64,000 bases of DNA. It comes from Convolutriloba macropyga. Lineage: Eukaryota. Location: the NCBI RefSeq assembly GCF_964194025.1, contig NC_134473.1:74834001-74898000 (forward strand). The letters are read 5' to 3'. A program made the translations under genes and the position numbers. Positions 1 through 13,721 of this stretch are shown here, one piece after another; within the stretch, counting starts at the first letter, position 1; the number at the start of each line of letters is the position of its first letter. The notes beneath the pieces are model-generated. The model was not told where the DNA came from and did no database searches. It saw only the letters and a list, made by a program, of their open reading frames with translations.

Positions 1-2950
1 TTTGTCCTGAAACAGGATCGTACCTTTGGGTTTCGTGTAATAATGTATCATTTAATTCTGTTTGTTCACTATAGAAATAATTTAATTTTTCTGGTGACTT
101 AAGTATAAAATCATCCTGTGCTGGTACTGAAATATTAATACTATTTATCAAAATCCGCATAATTTGCTTTTTAAATTATTGGTTCTGTTTTATTTGTTTT
201 TAGTGTAACATCTGTGTGTTGTACAATAAGATAGGTTTCTAAGTGTGACTGAGTTTGTTTCAGCTGTTGAATTCTTGTGGTAATGAACATGCTCTAAAGT
301 TTTTGCTTTTGTTTTACATTTGTGATATGAAACATGAAGATAGAGATTGTTCACTAGTTGTACTTCAAAATAGTTATCTTTGATTTGTAGGTTTATTGGA
401 AAACGTGGTGATTCTACAGTAGTTTCTGTAGTTACTTTGTCAATGTATTCTCTTAATACAGCATAGTAGCACTGTATTGATTGTGTTTGTGGATTATGTG
501 TCACAAAAAAATTTCTTCAATTCGGAATGTCAACCGTTTGTAGAGGATGTTTGTCTTGTGTTGTTGTTGTGAGTGAACGACTTAATAGATCCGGAAGTGA
601 AAAAGTCTTGCCCTCCGTCCAGTCTATGCGTCGGTCTGAGAATTTCATTATAATGAGTTGCAATTTAAACACTCTGTGATTAGGTTTGTTCTTCTGAGTG
701 AACAAAAAGAGAATGGCTTTGTGGTCACTGTAGAGAATAATTGGGTGTTGTGACCCTTGGATGAGAAATTCAGATAGTGCGGAAATAATTGCACAACACT
801 CGCGAAGAATGGCTGAGAGTCTAAGTTTTGTGGTGAAAAATAAACAAGAGTTTGCGGAAACTAGTTCCATTTTCCCAAATTGGTTTTTTGAAGAAGTGAA
901 GCTCCGATGCCGTAGTTGGAGGCATCTGATAGGATATGAAAGGGATTGTCTGAACTAGGAATTTCTTGGCTTAATGTGCCATCTGTATTCTAGAGTCCAT
1001 TCAAAATCTACCACGTCTCGTCGGGGTTGGAGGTAGAACGGTCTCAAGATAACTTGTAGATTATAAAAATATTTTGAGTTAAAAGTGAGAAAATAGACAT
1101 AGTTTTGTATTTCTTTTTTGTTTTCGGGTGGTTGTAATTTTTGGAAACCGTCTATTTTCACTTTTAACTGGTGGATGTGTTTAATTTTTATTTGATGTCC
1201 TAAAAATTTAACTGATTTTGAAAAAAGAAGCCTTTATCTGGAGCAAATTTGAGATTTAATTTTTGAGGATTTTGTGATATTGTTTAGTTGTTTTCTGCAT
1301 TGTGTCTGTTGTAATATCTTGGACAAAAACATCATCAAGATATGTGATAATTTTTTTCTTGTGAATGAGTGGTTTAATATATTATTCAGAGAGGATGAAA
1401 AGGCGGTTTAAAGCAATATTGTCCGCTGATGACAAAATTTGTGAGTCGTTGTGATGGTTTATCGAGTGGAATTTTATTGTAGGCACTATTCAAATTGGCT
1501 ATGTAGAAAACCGATCGTCACGTGTTAGTATTATTTGTATTAGCTGCATTGACCAAATACATTTAGTTTCGTCAATCATGGTGTTTAATTGACGATCGTC
1601 TAGGACAATTTTTGTTGATTCCCTTTTTTAAATGATATTTACCGGATTCAATAAGCTGTTCCCTGTAGTGAGGGAATCCGTGTTTACAGGTGCAATTATA
1701 TCAAAACGTGTTAAAATGTCGAGCAAGTGTTTTACTCTTTCTTGTTTTTGCATGTGTATACGAGTAGCTCGTTGCTTTTTGAACACTGCTGTTGTCCTCA
1801 AAGGCAGGTTTAGTTAAGCTTGGATTTTCCCCCATCAAATTCAGTTTTAGCAAAGCAGTGTTTATAGTTTAATAAAAAAGTGTGGTAATTGTTCAAATTG
1901 TGTTTGTTTTAATTTAGTGTGTTCAAAAATGAACATGTTGAGAAACTTTTGCCTGTTTCTGTGAACATAGAGATATCAAATATTACGTTGAACGTTTTCT
2001 GTTGTGTTCTGCATTCACGTTCTTGTTGCTTAGTGAGATTTATGCAAAAGAGTTTATTTAGTGTTGTATGACGTGCCGCGTGTAAGATAATTCGAAGTAT
2101 AGGGGTCCATGAATACTGTGAGATCATTTATACAATATTTCGTTGTCTCGAAATCTGTGTGTGAAGTATCTTGTTGTGCGTATCCGATCAATGCTTTAAC
2201 AACGGTTAGGGGGTGGTCAAACTTATTTTGTATAAGAGTTTGAATAAAAGATTGGTAAAGATATTCGAGATTATTGATATTCATTATAGAAAATAACATA
2301 TTTATACGTAGTGGTATAAATGAGAAATCAGATTTATAATTTTTATTTCTAGTTGCATATTTTTTTTGCATTTGCATGCAGTGAGTGACAAAGTTAGGAT
2401 AGCGTGCTCAAAAGTTTGAAGATTGATTGAGTGATCACCAATAACAGTAATAATTGTGAATAGTATGGAGGTGATTTTGTTGAGGAATCGTAGAATTTCT
2501 ATGATTAAAATCATAGTGAAGTTTTTGTTTCTAATGTGTGAGCTGAACTTTTTTTTGACTCATCAAATTTTCCAGAAACGGTGTCCCTAGAAAATTAAAT
2601 TTGCGTTTGAAACGTGAAAAGTTAGTTTGAAATTTGTATTACGAGAAGTTTTGTGTTCCCTTACGTCCGGATAGAAAAAAAGCTTCACTGTTCCGTGTGA
2701 TTTTAATTTGGAGTTATTTGCTGCTGAGAGATCGAATGTCGATGCTTTCAATAGTAGTTTTGCGGTATTCTTTGATTTCATTCCAAGTGTCGTTATAAAA
2801 TACATTAAGTGTGGCCCCGAAGTCTATTAAGGAAATCAATTTCAAGATGTGGAGAAATTGTCTTGGTATGATTGAGTGTTTGTTGTGTGAATATCGTAAG
2901 TGGTAATACCCAAATATTACTTCTATACGATGTGGAAAGGATGTATTTTT
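1..2950 (-). pseudogene. Gypsy pol remnant (protease, RT, RNase H)
   Basis: RT segments LDDRQLNTMIDETKC, SAYN.IPLDKPSQRLTNF and YLDD; connection region LQPPENKKEIQNY; RNase H ORF 517-870. The reading frame is broken repeatedly. Confidence 0.85.
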
Positions 2951-2999
2951 CGTTGAGAGTATTATATTCTTCCTGACAATTAAAGCATTCGTTTTATTT

Positions 3000-5909
3000 A
3001 TCTTGATTTAGTTCTAAAATTAAATCATGAAATTGTTTTTCTAGAAGTTGTTTTTCTGAAACACTTTGTGATTCAATATGTTCTTTGTTAGACGTTGTTT
3101 CGTCTGTTTGTTCTTGGTCTAAAAAATAAATAATGTAATTTCGTACATTTCTATGGCAATTACGAGAGAAGTGTTGTCATGAACGATTGCCATGTCTGCT
3201 ATAATTAGGTAATTGTGGTCTAAAGTTATTAGAATAATTGTTTTTTGTCTATATTATAATTGGGTTTTTTTCTGAGAAAATGATGGTCTTGAGTGGAGTG
3301 AACCCAACCTACTTGGTGGTTTAAATTTATTAAATCCATAATGAGTTTTAGAGTTTGTAAAAAAATTATGTACTCGGGATTCTGTGTCGAGAAGTGTCTC
3401 GATTATCCCGACTGTTGCTTCTAGAGCGATAGGTAATTGGTAGTGGTTTACCAGTCATATTACCTGTGGTGACCTTTTTGTTTTGGAGATTTTGGTTCCC
3501 TTTCGTCGCTTGATTGAAAGTTTATCATTGAAGGTTTATCAAGTGGTTTTGTACATCTTTTTTCAGGGCAAGTGGAAATACTGTGTCCTGATCGTGAACA
3601 TTTTTTACAAACAATGAGGAAGAGTGGTTTCCCCTTTAATATTTGGATCATTTGAATACTTCTGTTTTATTACGTTGATCTCATAGGCGATATCGTGTTC
3701 AATTGTGAGTATATCTTCTACTGTGAGATTATCAACGTCTAAAGATATATTATTTATGGACGAGGAAAGAGTGGACTTTGCGTTTATTTTATGTCTATCT
3801 ATGTGTGCTCTAGTGATATTTTCTTGATGTATTTTCTTAACTAATTGAACGAAAGGAAGCTGCGGTCCCAATGCCCTTACCTTGTGATTTGCAATCTTAT
3901 TAAGAGCTATTTGAGCTAATTGTGGATCAAGTGCTTTGACAAGTTTGTCATTCATTTGTGCATTTCTTATATCTGGATCAATTTTTACATATGCTTTTTC
4001 AAGCCATTTGTTCAACTTTTAGTACTAATGTTTTTTTTGCTCTGCAGAAATACGTGTGATGCTTTTTAGTAAGAATTTTGCTTGTGTTTGCGATTGTTGG
4101 TTATCAAACTCTTTTGAAATACTCCGCAAAACTCTTGCCAATTTTTTTAAATTTCTAATGGTAGATTTGAGTACCATTGTTGTGCAGGGCCGATTAAAGC
4201 CGTTTGTATCATGGCGATTCGCTTTAGAATCCATGCATTATTTTACGGTGAATCCAATTGTTCGGGTCCTGCTGTCATTACCATATTTTCTGTGATAGCA
4301 TTTAAAACATCTTCTGATATGTATGTGGGGTCTGTACCATCAAACGGTCTTCAGGACTGTTGCATGGGTATCGATCCTCCAAAATAAAAGTTTATCTTTT
4401 GCGTACTAGGTCTAACAACAGGTGAAGGTGTATGAGTGGATGCTGCCTTTAAATAGTAAGGGGTTGTAGCATTTGTTGTTTGTTGGTGACTCTGTGGGTT
4501 AAATTGTCTATTAAAATTTAGTAATTGCTGTGGAGTTGATTGTATATTTTGATTAGTGGTTGATGTTGGTTGATTGGACGTATTCAAAATGACAGGTTCA
4601 GTATTAAAGTGGACTGAATTTTGTGGGTGTAAGCTTGGCAACGGTGTTTCATATTTGATAATGAAGAGAAAATTGTGTTTAATGGATCTGAATTGTGTGC
4701 CAATTCAGTTGAATTTATAGGTTGCCTGCAATTTTCGTAAATGTTTATGTTGTTATTAGTGTCATTTACAGCATCGTTATGGTTAATACTATTATTGTTA
4801 TTGTCATCGTGATTTTCAAGGTCAATTAGTGAGAGAATGCTTACTCTGTGTGATGAAAAAAGTGTTCCGTCGTCTAATAGTGTAGAATTGAAATCTGTTT
4901 CAGTAGTTTCGTTATGATTTGTGTCCATTGGTCGTGAATGGACTTTAGTATCTATATTATCTTTTGGTGATGCTTCAAAAGATGTTTTTGTGATTTCTGG
5001 AATGTTTGAGGTGAATGGTTGTTTTTCCGCGTTGTACTTTTTAATTTCAATATTATTATAATCAGTTGTTAATGTTTGAATGATTGCTTATGGAATATCT
5101 GTGATAGTTGTAAGATTTTCAGGAAACCAGTTTGAATCATAAATATAAAGTAGTATATCCTGCAATTTATCTATCAAGTGTGGGTATGTGTCGGCTATTA
5201 GTTTTGCAGCCTGAATAATATTTCTTACTAGGCTCCTCCAAAATCTGTGTATATACCAAGATAGAAAGGTAAAAGATACTATTATATCTTCATGTGATAA
5301 ATCTACGTCTTTGGCAGAGCTTATGTATGTTTTTATAAGGTGAGTTAAACCTTCTATTTCGTTTCTAGCCATTTTATGCACGCTTTCTTTTCGTGATTGT
5401 AAAGCGGCGGTATTTAGTGCTGGCGCTAGGCGTTTTAGAATTTCGGATGACGATTTCCTAAACGCACCAGCTCTATCTGAAGGTTTTATTTCTGTCCAAA
5501 CTCCATTGAGAAAATCAAATAGTGTGTCTGATAGTGGATTGAATCATGTATCATATATACGTGAGAACTGTTTTGTGTTTAATGGACCACAGATAAAGAG
5601 AATTGAGCCCTTTGTGATTTGAGCTCCATAAATTTGGATTAAATATGAGAGGAAAGCTATTTTTGAGATCTCTGAAGCTTTATCTGATAAAATGAGAAGA
5701 CGTTGTTGCTCCACTGCAAAAAAGCGGTATTTAAGCTGTTTTGCTGTGTTCAAGAGTAAATTTAATTCATCTTGGTGTTGATATTCGGCAATTTTAAATG
5801 GTGAATTTTCGTGTATAAGAGCTTTGTTCCGGTGTGTATGAACAACTATTTGTAATTAATTGGAATGTGAATCCGATTTTGATGACAATTGGCTAGTGTG
5901 ACGGCTCAT
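3000..5909 (-). pseudogene. Unusually long gag-like ORF remnant
   Basis: The ATG at 5909 is in frame with ORF pieces 5544-5753, 5088-5381 and 4584-4928. These are followed by an N/Q/T-rich linker, a helical capsid-like part (3605-4330) and the CCHC knuckle. The 3' boundary is approximate. Confidence 0.7.
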
Positions 5910-6083
5910 TTTGTGTTTACTAGAGTATTTTTCTTTTCTGAAGTATTTGTTGGGGTTGTGTTTCCCGTTTACTGAATTTTGAGTGTAAGAGATTTTTAAA
6001 TTTATTTGAACATTTTCAGAGTCTCTTTCTCAATAAAGAATAGTGTGTATTTGAGAGTTCTTTCTATGTTTAGAGTTTGTTAA

Positions 6084-6099
6084 CTTATTGGTCGCACCA
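6084..6099 (-). promoter_or_regulatory. Putative primer-binding site TGGTGCGACC
   Basis: TGG start (complementary to tRNA CCA) located between the putative LTR and the gag leader. The cognate tRNA was not identified. Confidence 0.5.
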
Positions 6100-6410
6100 G
6101 TTAAGGCAGATCCGATGTGGGCTCTTTTTTTACATCCATAAGGTATGAAGAGCTAGGGCTACTTATTTCTGCGCGCGAAGTAGGTTTAACTTTATCTCTG
6201 AGACAAACCGACTCTAAAAAAGACACTGAAGATATATTTCAATTATAGCAATGTATAATAGAATTAACACCGGAGTCAGAGTTATACACATCGTGCAACT
6301 ACTCTATCAGACTGTCTACATTCAGTGGAGTTACTGCTATGTAAAAGAGGATAGTCTGTTCTCAGTCTCTGATTGGTTGGAGGAGTACATCCAGTATTTC
6401 TACTGCTACA
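6100..6410 (-). repeat. Putative 5' LTR of the Gypsy element (~310 bp)
   Basis: On the minus strand it starts TGTAGCAG at 6410, contains CCAATCAG, and ends ...CTTAAC directly before a TGG-starting PBS. The second LTR is not in the window, so the boundaries are unconfirmed. Confidence 0.55.
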
Positions 6411-7063
6411 GTTGTTTGTTTATTTAATGACCGGCAAAATATTTTTTTATTACAATCGTTGCCATTAACAGGAATTTAATTCCGTTTCAGCACTTTTTTT
6501 TCTAATCATCGCAATCTTGATTGGAGCATTCCAAAAAAATGTTAAGGTTGTTTGCAAATCTGTTTTCACTTTTGTGATTTTCTAACATAAATTTATTTTA
6601 GTGCCACACAAAATCATTTCATATTTCTTATTGAATTAGCTTCAACCGGAAATCTTGGGCAAAAACTAAAAATATATATTAAAACTTCTTTAATTTGTAA
6701 TGAATGACAACAATCTTTGGTTTTTCACAGCTTTCATCCCGATTTACTTTCGAGCTTAAAATTTCGCAATATACCTCAAAATCTTCTGACCAGCGACCAA
6801 GTAAAAATTGAAGTCGAACTTCGACAAATATTTACCTGAAAAATAGAACGAAGACATACAAATACATTTATATTTCAGAATTCTAAGAAAAACAAGATCT
6901 AAAGCCTTTAAAAATTCATAGCTCCCTAAAGAAATTTAAGAAATGGAGATTTCTCTAATAGGTAATTTTTTGTAATAACGGAGAGTAAAAGCAAAAAAGG
7001 CGAACTTGTATAAGTCTTAAAAACAAGTTATCTACAAAACTCAAGATTTTATAACAGAAAGAA

Positions 7064-7088
7064 AGAGAGAGAGAGAGAGACAGAGAGA
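7064..7088. repeat. (GA)n microsatellite
   Basis: Directly visible. Confidence 0.9.
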
Positions 7089-10000
7089 AACCAATTTGAG
7101 AAAGAAATGTTTTAATGAAACTTTATAGCTGTTCAAACAAATTCTTTTCAGCTCCTCCAGTCAAAACGAGAAGAGCTTTAACTTTGAGATATATTTATAA
7201 TATTATGAAAAATTTAAAAATGAAAAATTCGCAATGATTTGTAAAAACTTTTTTGAAAACAATGTCTTCAAATCTAAACTTTATCTAGTTATGGACCAAA
7301 ATGAATCCAAATTGTTGGCAAACAGGAAAATTAATTGTCATATAGCATACAAACAGAGACAAAAGTCGCAGAAAATGACTTAAAAATGTTTGTCAAATTT
7401 TATCAAATTTTGTAAAAGTTCAACTTATTCATGTTTTCGAAACGATTGTTGTGTTCAAAATATGAACCAAATAACCATCCGCAATCTGTAGATTTTTTTT
7501 AATTTTAAAACTTTTTACGAATTTGAATTCTATATCAACTGAGCTTTTTAATGGTTCCACTCTTATCTGTCTGATGTGTGTAGAAAATTTTAGCATTGTT
7601 TGTTGATTCATTCCAGAGGAAAAATTGAGGCGTTTCAATCATTTAATTGCAATTGAGGTCAAATACAAGTACTGCCTCCAAAAACAAAAATAAAATAATA
7701 AAATTTAATTAGAAGCAATAATTGCCCAGCTGTTCTGCTATGGTTTTGATACGATTAACAAGTTAACACAGTAATAAAGAATTGAATGAAAATTTAACGC
7801 TCCCCCTGCAGAAGAGAATAGAAAAAGTTTTGTTCCACTGTGACCAATTAATTAATAAAACATTATTATTGTCTGACCTTAACAGCTATTTTGTTTTTGA
7901 TGACTTTCTAAAACTCATGCAAACGTTAGCTCCGCTTTCAAGGTAGCCCTGACTGAAATGCTAGACCAAAATCAAGTATGTCCGGGCCCTACCAGACAAA
8001 AAGTGCCCACGTCCAGAATTTGGTGCGCTCAACAAATTTTCATATAAACAGAATTCATATAAACTAATTTTTTTGCGCAATGTCGTTGTTCAGGTTCAAG
8101 TAGTCGATGATTGCTTGTTTTATCGGATTAAAAGTTTCCAGAGATTTCTGCTTCAAAGAAAAATTTCATAAACTTTGCCAAATATTTGACTAACTCTTTT
8201 TAAAATTATATTTTAGGTTTTAAAAAATAAATAGTTTAATTAGAGCAGCCAACAGGCAGTCCGCTTCGATATTTCGATGGACGATCAGACACTAGACTAA
8301 AAAAGAATGAAATGCGATGAAATTCTTTCTTAGTGTTGTGAATAAATGAAATTTTATGAGACATGCTGGCTGGTAGAAATCTATCTAAAGAGTGTCGCTT
8401 AAATAACCATTAACTAGATAAAGTTTAATCACGTACCGGTTTCCGCAGTCTAGTCTCATCATTTTGACTTAGATAAGCCTAACAAAAATTCAAAGTTTCA
8501 TGGCGAACGCAAAACGCAAAGGGAGCCGAAGTAAAAGTAAGCCGACAGAAAAGCAAGTTATGTAATAGTTATGTAATCTATCAGAAATAATACATTGTTT
8601 GCCGTTACAATCAATACTGCGCGTAGTATTATAGTGCATAAGAAACAAAAATACGTCAATTTTAATTTTTAGACATCTAGTGGGTACGGGCCTCAGCGGA
8701 CCGCTGTCCATGGCCGTGCCTCTCATTCGCAGTGGGATGTAATCCGGAAATCCCGGCCCGGTTATCCACCGGCCCGCCAGGGGCAACTTAAAATACGGGT
8801 ATCCCAAAATTTTTCGGCTTCCTTGACCTCATTTTCAAAATTCGGCTTGCTTGCCTATCGGCTTGCTTGACCGCCACCAATTTTCATAGATGTTGCAAAA
8901 AACAGAAACAGCTCATATGCAGCAAATCCAAAAGCATAATCGTGAAAAAGTTTTTGGTTCCAATCCACAAATTGGGGTCAGTTGAAGAAAAAGAAAACAG
9001 TACATACCTGTGTTGAGATACTTGTCTTACTATTAACAACGTTGGACACAAAAACAGGTTCATAGCAATGCAGGAAAACTTTTGATCAGGTAAAAAGTTA
9101 TTCAAGAATCAAGCTCTGATTATGTAGAAAAAACTCGTAAGCTTAGTTTCAGCCTTAGATGTGATAAGAGGCAAAAATTGGAAAACGCGAAGGCCTTTTT
9201 TGTAGATATTATGTTAAAATTTTTAATTGAACAGGTAGCAAAAACTAAATTTTTAATATAGTTTTTGCTACCTATTAATACATTGGAAGGGACACTTGAG
9301 AAATCACTTGACAACATAAAACAGCAAAATGAACCTACTTTTAGTATTCAGTACAATTTGTGTTCCCAAATCCAGTCAAAATTTTTCATTTGTCCTATTT
9401 TCATGCATGAGAATATTTTCAATTTTTAAATAAATTCGACAATTTTTCTTATATGTGTGCCCCATTACTCTGTAAAGTTTAGATTGAAACAATGAATACG
9501 CTATTATACTATTTTTTCACAGTTTGTTCCTATTGCTCACTTTTTTGACGGAACAACAAGATGAGTGGTGAAAAATTGATGAAAAACTTTGGAAAACCAA
9601 AATTTACTGGTGTAGATTTTTAACTCGTTCGCACGAGAAGACATTTTAGGGACCCGTGACTATCCCATTACGTCATGTGGATTTTCAAGTTACAATTTTA
9701 AGTAATGAATTGCTGATTGCCTAACTTCCACAAAAAAGTTGATTTTTTTTTTGTTTCATGTCTACAAAACTCATACATAGCGCTTAAACAAGTTTTCACG
9801 TAACATATTACACCTTGCTTTGACAGCCAGGTATACACATAAGAACAATATTTCACATTGGCAGGTTGGGAGGGAGCGAGTACCTGGCCAATTTTAAACA
9901 CGATCAATTAAAAGCATAAGATAAAAAAAGATAAGCAATATGCAATTATGAAAACAACCATAGGTCTGATATGCAGTCATGGAGACAACATTTGGTCTGA

Positions 10001-12665
10001 TCATGACCTAATCTGGCCTCGTTACGAAACCAGAGAAGGGACAAAAGCGTAGCTGAATGTTTTGTCAGCTGTAATTTTGATTGTATAATGAACATCTTAG
10101 CATTAAAAGTGCAGTTAACATTAGGATAACTGCCAAATTTTTATCATCTCTTTACAAAAGCAACTAGCAATTCTTACCTAACTCCAGGATTGTAAAAATT
10201 ATCAGTTTTCCAACGGAAATATTAATTATTATTTTCTAAATATTGGGAGCCCCAGATTTAACCAAAAACAACAAACATTTTATTTTTACATAATTATTTT
10301 TTGCAAAAACTTAGTTGCAAAGGATTTCTGCAGAATTTTACTAACTTTGCCAAGATGGGAGATAATTGAGCATTAACTTGAAGTTACATTTAGGAAGTTA
10401 ACAATTATTGGGTTGATAGATTTTGATAAATAATCATTTTTTTTGTTTTATACCAATGAAGTCTCGACTTTTGAAAACTTTTTGGAAGAAAATTAGTGGC
10501 AAATAAGCCCCAGCATTTTTACATCCGAAAAAAATGAAAAAGGAAAGTGCAAGAAGAAGAAAAAAACGTTGGGTGACACCAACTGCCATGTTTTGTCTTT
10601 TCTACTAGTCTATGGCCTTTTTAAAACGTCATAAGTGTGACCTGAGTATTTTTTTCACATTTTTAAATTTGTTTTTTTTTTTCGCGAAAACGAAAGAGCA
10701 AAAGGCTTTTAAATTTCACAGGTAAATGCTCGGCGTAAATTAAATTCAGGATTAACCAGTTGTTATTCCCACAAAAATAAACGAAAACCGTTAATTTTTT
10801 TAAATAGTTTTTCACAATTTATAATAATGCCCAAAAATGTTTCCTTTTCTATATAATGGGGGTAAATTGAGGCTTAATTTAAATTCAAAATAATTGAAAT
10901 TTACAGTTTTGAAAACAAATTTAAATTAATGACTATAATTTAAGAACAATTTAAATGCCTTCAGAAGTTTATCTATTTTACAATTTTCAAAAAAATTTAT
11001 AAAATGAGATATCAACTGTCGGCGTGTTATTTATATTTGTTAGTATTTAGCAACTATCATTAAGATAGTTGTTATCATTGAAGTCTCATCTCTACTATAA
11101 AGTCAATTTTGTTGCGTAAACGGGAAAAGATGTTTCATATCAATTGACTGAACTCAATGTTAACATTGCAACACATTTCTCAAAATAAATTTTTGTAGTC
11201 AATATAGAGCCATATAAAACAAAGTTTGCCTCTTATATTGCTTTCCCAGTTATTTTTTGGGTCAATGCAGGATGTCCTTTAAAATCGAAGAAAACGAATA
11301 AAAAAAATGCGTTGTCAAATCATTCTGCTCTCCTAAATCCGACTGCAGTAACCAGGCGTATGTTGAAATTTTTATTAAAAGCAATGAGTGAAAAATGTAG
11401 CTCTTGACTATTATTTCTTGAATTTTGAACAATCTTCTAAAGGACGTCGAAATATGAACGAAGAAAATAGAACGAAGAAAAAATTATTGCGACATGATTT
11501 TGTGGGCGTGGATGTCTTTGGGAGTTTTTCTGAGGATTTAAAAAAAATTGGAACAAAACAGACAGTTCAAAAGTATGTCTAATGAAAAAAAATCTTGTTT
11601 TGATTGGTTTTCTGACTTTGTCTTTCTCTTCAAAAAATTATTTTTTGTTTTTGGTCTAATAGTTTTCGAGGAATTTTAATATTTGATAAATATTTAGATG
11701 TGAAGTGGCAGAAACTTTATGCAGAGTATGAAAAAACACCCACATTGTTTTCTAGCTTATTGACTCGGTTTTCACAATGATATTGATATTTAGTATTAAG
11801 TGAAAAACGTCTAAACTGAGGTACGTTTTTGCGAAAATGCTTCTTTCGAGAATCGGATATTGAGTAAAAGAGTTTCTTTCAGTTAAGAGCATTATTTGAA
11901 GATTGTGCAAACGTTAGCTAAATTTAGGATATGGAAATTTTCTGTTGGGCTAAAGTGATACAAAAACGAGCTGTTTTTGCCAAACATTTTTTCATTAATG
12001 TTTGAGCAACTTTTCTAATTTTTCAATTTGCACTCGTGTTATATAAAAGCCACAAATTGCTACGTATAGCCTATTCTGTCGTCTCTCGATAAAACCCGAT
12101 CAGTGACTTAAATTCCAATTCTTAAAAATGAGAAATTGACCTTCAAACCTTCCTTACAAAAATTCCCTTGAAAAAAGTTTACGATTGATAGAAGTCTTAG
12201 GATTGTTTTGCCGACATCATTGGTTCATGCATGGACTTTCTAAATCCCATTGAAATCTTTGTTGTGCTGGTCTGTCACTCTTAGAAAAATAGAAAAAATG
12301 AAATACAAAATCGAAGACCAATTATTTCATTCAAATGGAGTCCCATGAACAAAATTACTTACCTTTCAATATCAGTTGATCCGATTGCAATTATTTTTGT
12401 TGACACTTTTTTCATATCATGTCAAAATTGTGCTTTCGGAAAATGAATTTTAACATCGTTTTTCAATTAATTAACTTTACAGATAAGACGGGCGGGGCCG
12501 CGTGAACATTTTATCTCTCGTTTGAACGGCGAACTTTCAATTTTCAGAGCATTGAACTTGCTAATTACAAGGAAGGAGTTGCCAGCTATTGCAAATGTGA
12601 ACAAAATTGGGCGTGAATTAATTAATATTACCAGTAGTTAACAGTTGTTTACATTAATTTTTTCA

Positions 12666-12732
12666 TATAAATACTTGTAAAATTGATCAGTTTTTGATTA
12701 TCACACCACTAAAACTTCTATTCAGTTATTTG
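12666..12732 (+). promoter_or_regulatory. TATA box, initiator-like motif and non-coding exon 1 of the small membrane-protein gene
   Basis: TATAAATA at 12666, TCAGTT about 21 nt downstream, donor G|GTAAGT at 12733, and acceptor TTTTTTAG ending at 13529 upstream of the ATG. A GGGCGG box lies at ~12490. Confidence 0.6.
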
Positions 12733-13281
12733 GTAAGTTTCTTTTTTATTAAATTGGTCCAATTCAACTAGAGCTTCATACATTAGAAATATCAGATTGA
12801 AACTTAAAAGTAAATTTTGAGAAAAAAAATTGTTAAAAAATAGAATATGAAATATAATAATACACTCATATAATCGTTCAAAAATTTTCAACACTCGCTG
12901 TTTGCTTTCATAAACATATATAGTTAAAAAATATATCTTTTTTGTACAGATTTTTTCTTAGATTTAACTCAGATTTAAATAGAGTTCGAAAGCAATCGTT
13001 TTTTACATAACGTGAAGACCGCATCTTCAACACCAAGATTTCAATTGTTCGGCTCGAAAACTTTTCAATTTGATTATAAAAATTGCTAATTTTGTGGCTG
13101 CTAACTTACTACCAACGGAGAGAATCTTTGTTTCTCGCTGATATCCGCTTTTTCTAAATATTAATTAATCAGGAACCTCTAATTTTGCCGTTTCTTACAG
13201 ACTACGCTTTTAAATTCCATAGATTTCAGAACTTTCAAGCATTTTGTCAAGCATTTGAGATTAAAGCTAATATTACAATTG

Positions 13282-13490
13282 CTAGTCGACTCTGACAATT
13301 ATTTAGAAATATCTTGCAAAAGACTTATCTTGCAAGATCTTGCGGAAGATTGTTGTCTTAGAAGGTCATGCAATAGACGCTTCAGCCAGGTCTTGCTAGA
13401 TAACCGTCCTTCGCAATATCTTGCAAGACCTGGCAAGACCTCTTGCAAAATATCCGTTTCAAGCTTGATTCTTGCAACGTAACAGTAGGC
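13282..13490. mobile_element. Non-autonomous element built from TCTTGCAAGA-type palindromic repeats (in intron 1 of the small gene)
   Basis: Begins CTAGTCGA and contains about 8 degenerate CTTGCAAG units. A related sequence is at 32751-32900. Confidence 0.5.
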
Positions 13491-13583
13491 AATAATAGCC
13501 AAGGGAATTCACGTGATGACATTTTTTAGTTCCAAGGAGATCTTTCTTCTACAACTACAAGAACTCACCCTCAACTATCAAAG

Positions 13584-13721
13584 ATGAACCCTATGAACTT
13601 GTACATCTTGTCAGCTGTTCTGGTGGCCTGCACCATTGCAACCTCAACTCCAGCTGCAACTGACCCATCTGTTCAACCTCCTTGTGAGGACGAAGAGGAG
13701 GGATTTAAGAAACTCAAAGAG
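13584..13721 (+). CDS. Coding exon 1 of a 145-aa type-I membrane protein (signal peptide)
   Basis: MNPMNLYILSAVLVACTIATS... has a hydrophobic signal. It is 46 codons, ending at a phase-0 donor GAG|GTTGGA. Confidence 0.75.

Larger units (their letters stand above)
1..6410 (-). mobile_element. Decayed Gypsy/Ty3-type LTR retrotransposon, 5' part (LTR-PBS-gag-PR-RT-RNaseH); the integrase would lie beyond the left window edge
   Basis: Minus-strand motifs in Gypsy order: CCHC knuckle CKKCSRSGHSISTC (~3570-3610), frameshifted protease FLID/SGAT (~2810-2845), RT ITYLDDVFVQ (~1320-1350), RNase H RECCAII...YSDHKAI...PDLLSR (517-870). Many stops and frameshifts. Confidence 0.9.

Noticed and set aside
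8700-8790. HDV-like ribozyme on the minus strand (CTGCGAAT after a hairpin)
   Set aside because: No upstream P1, P2 or P3 partner strands were found.
8778-9400. hAT transposon remnant starting CAGGGG
   Set aside because: No matching right terminal repeat and no convincing transposase motifs.
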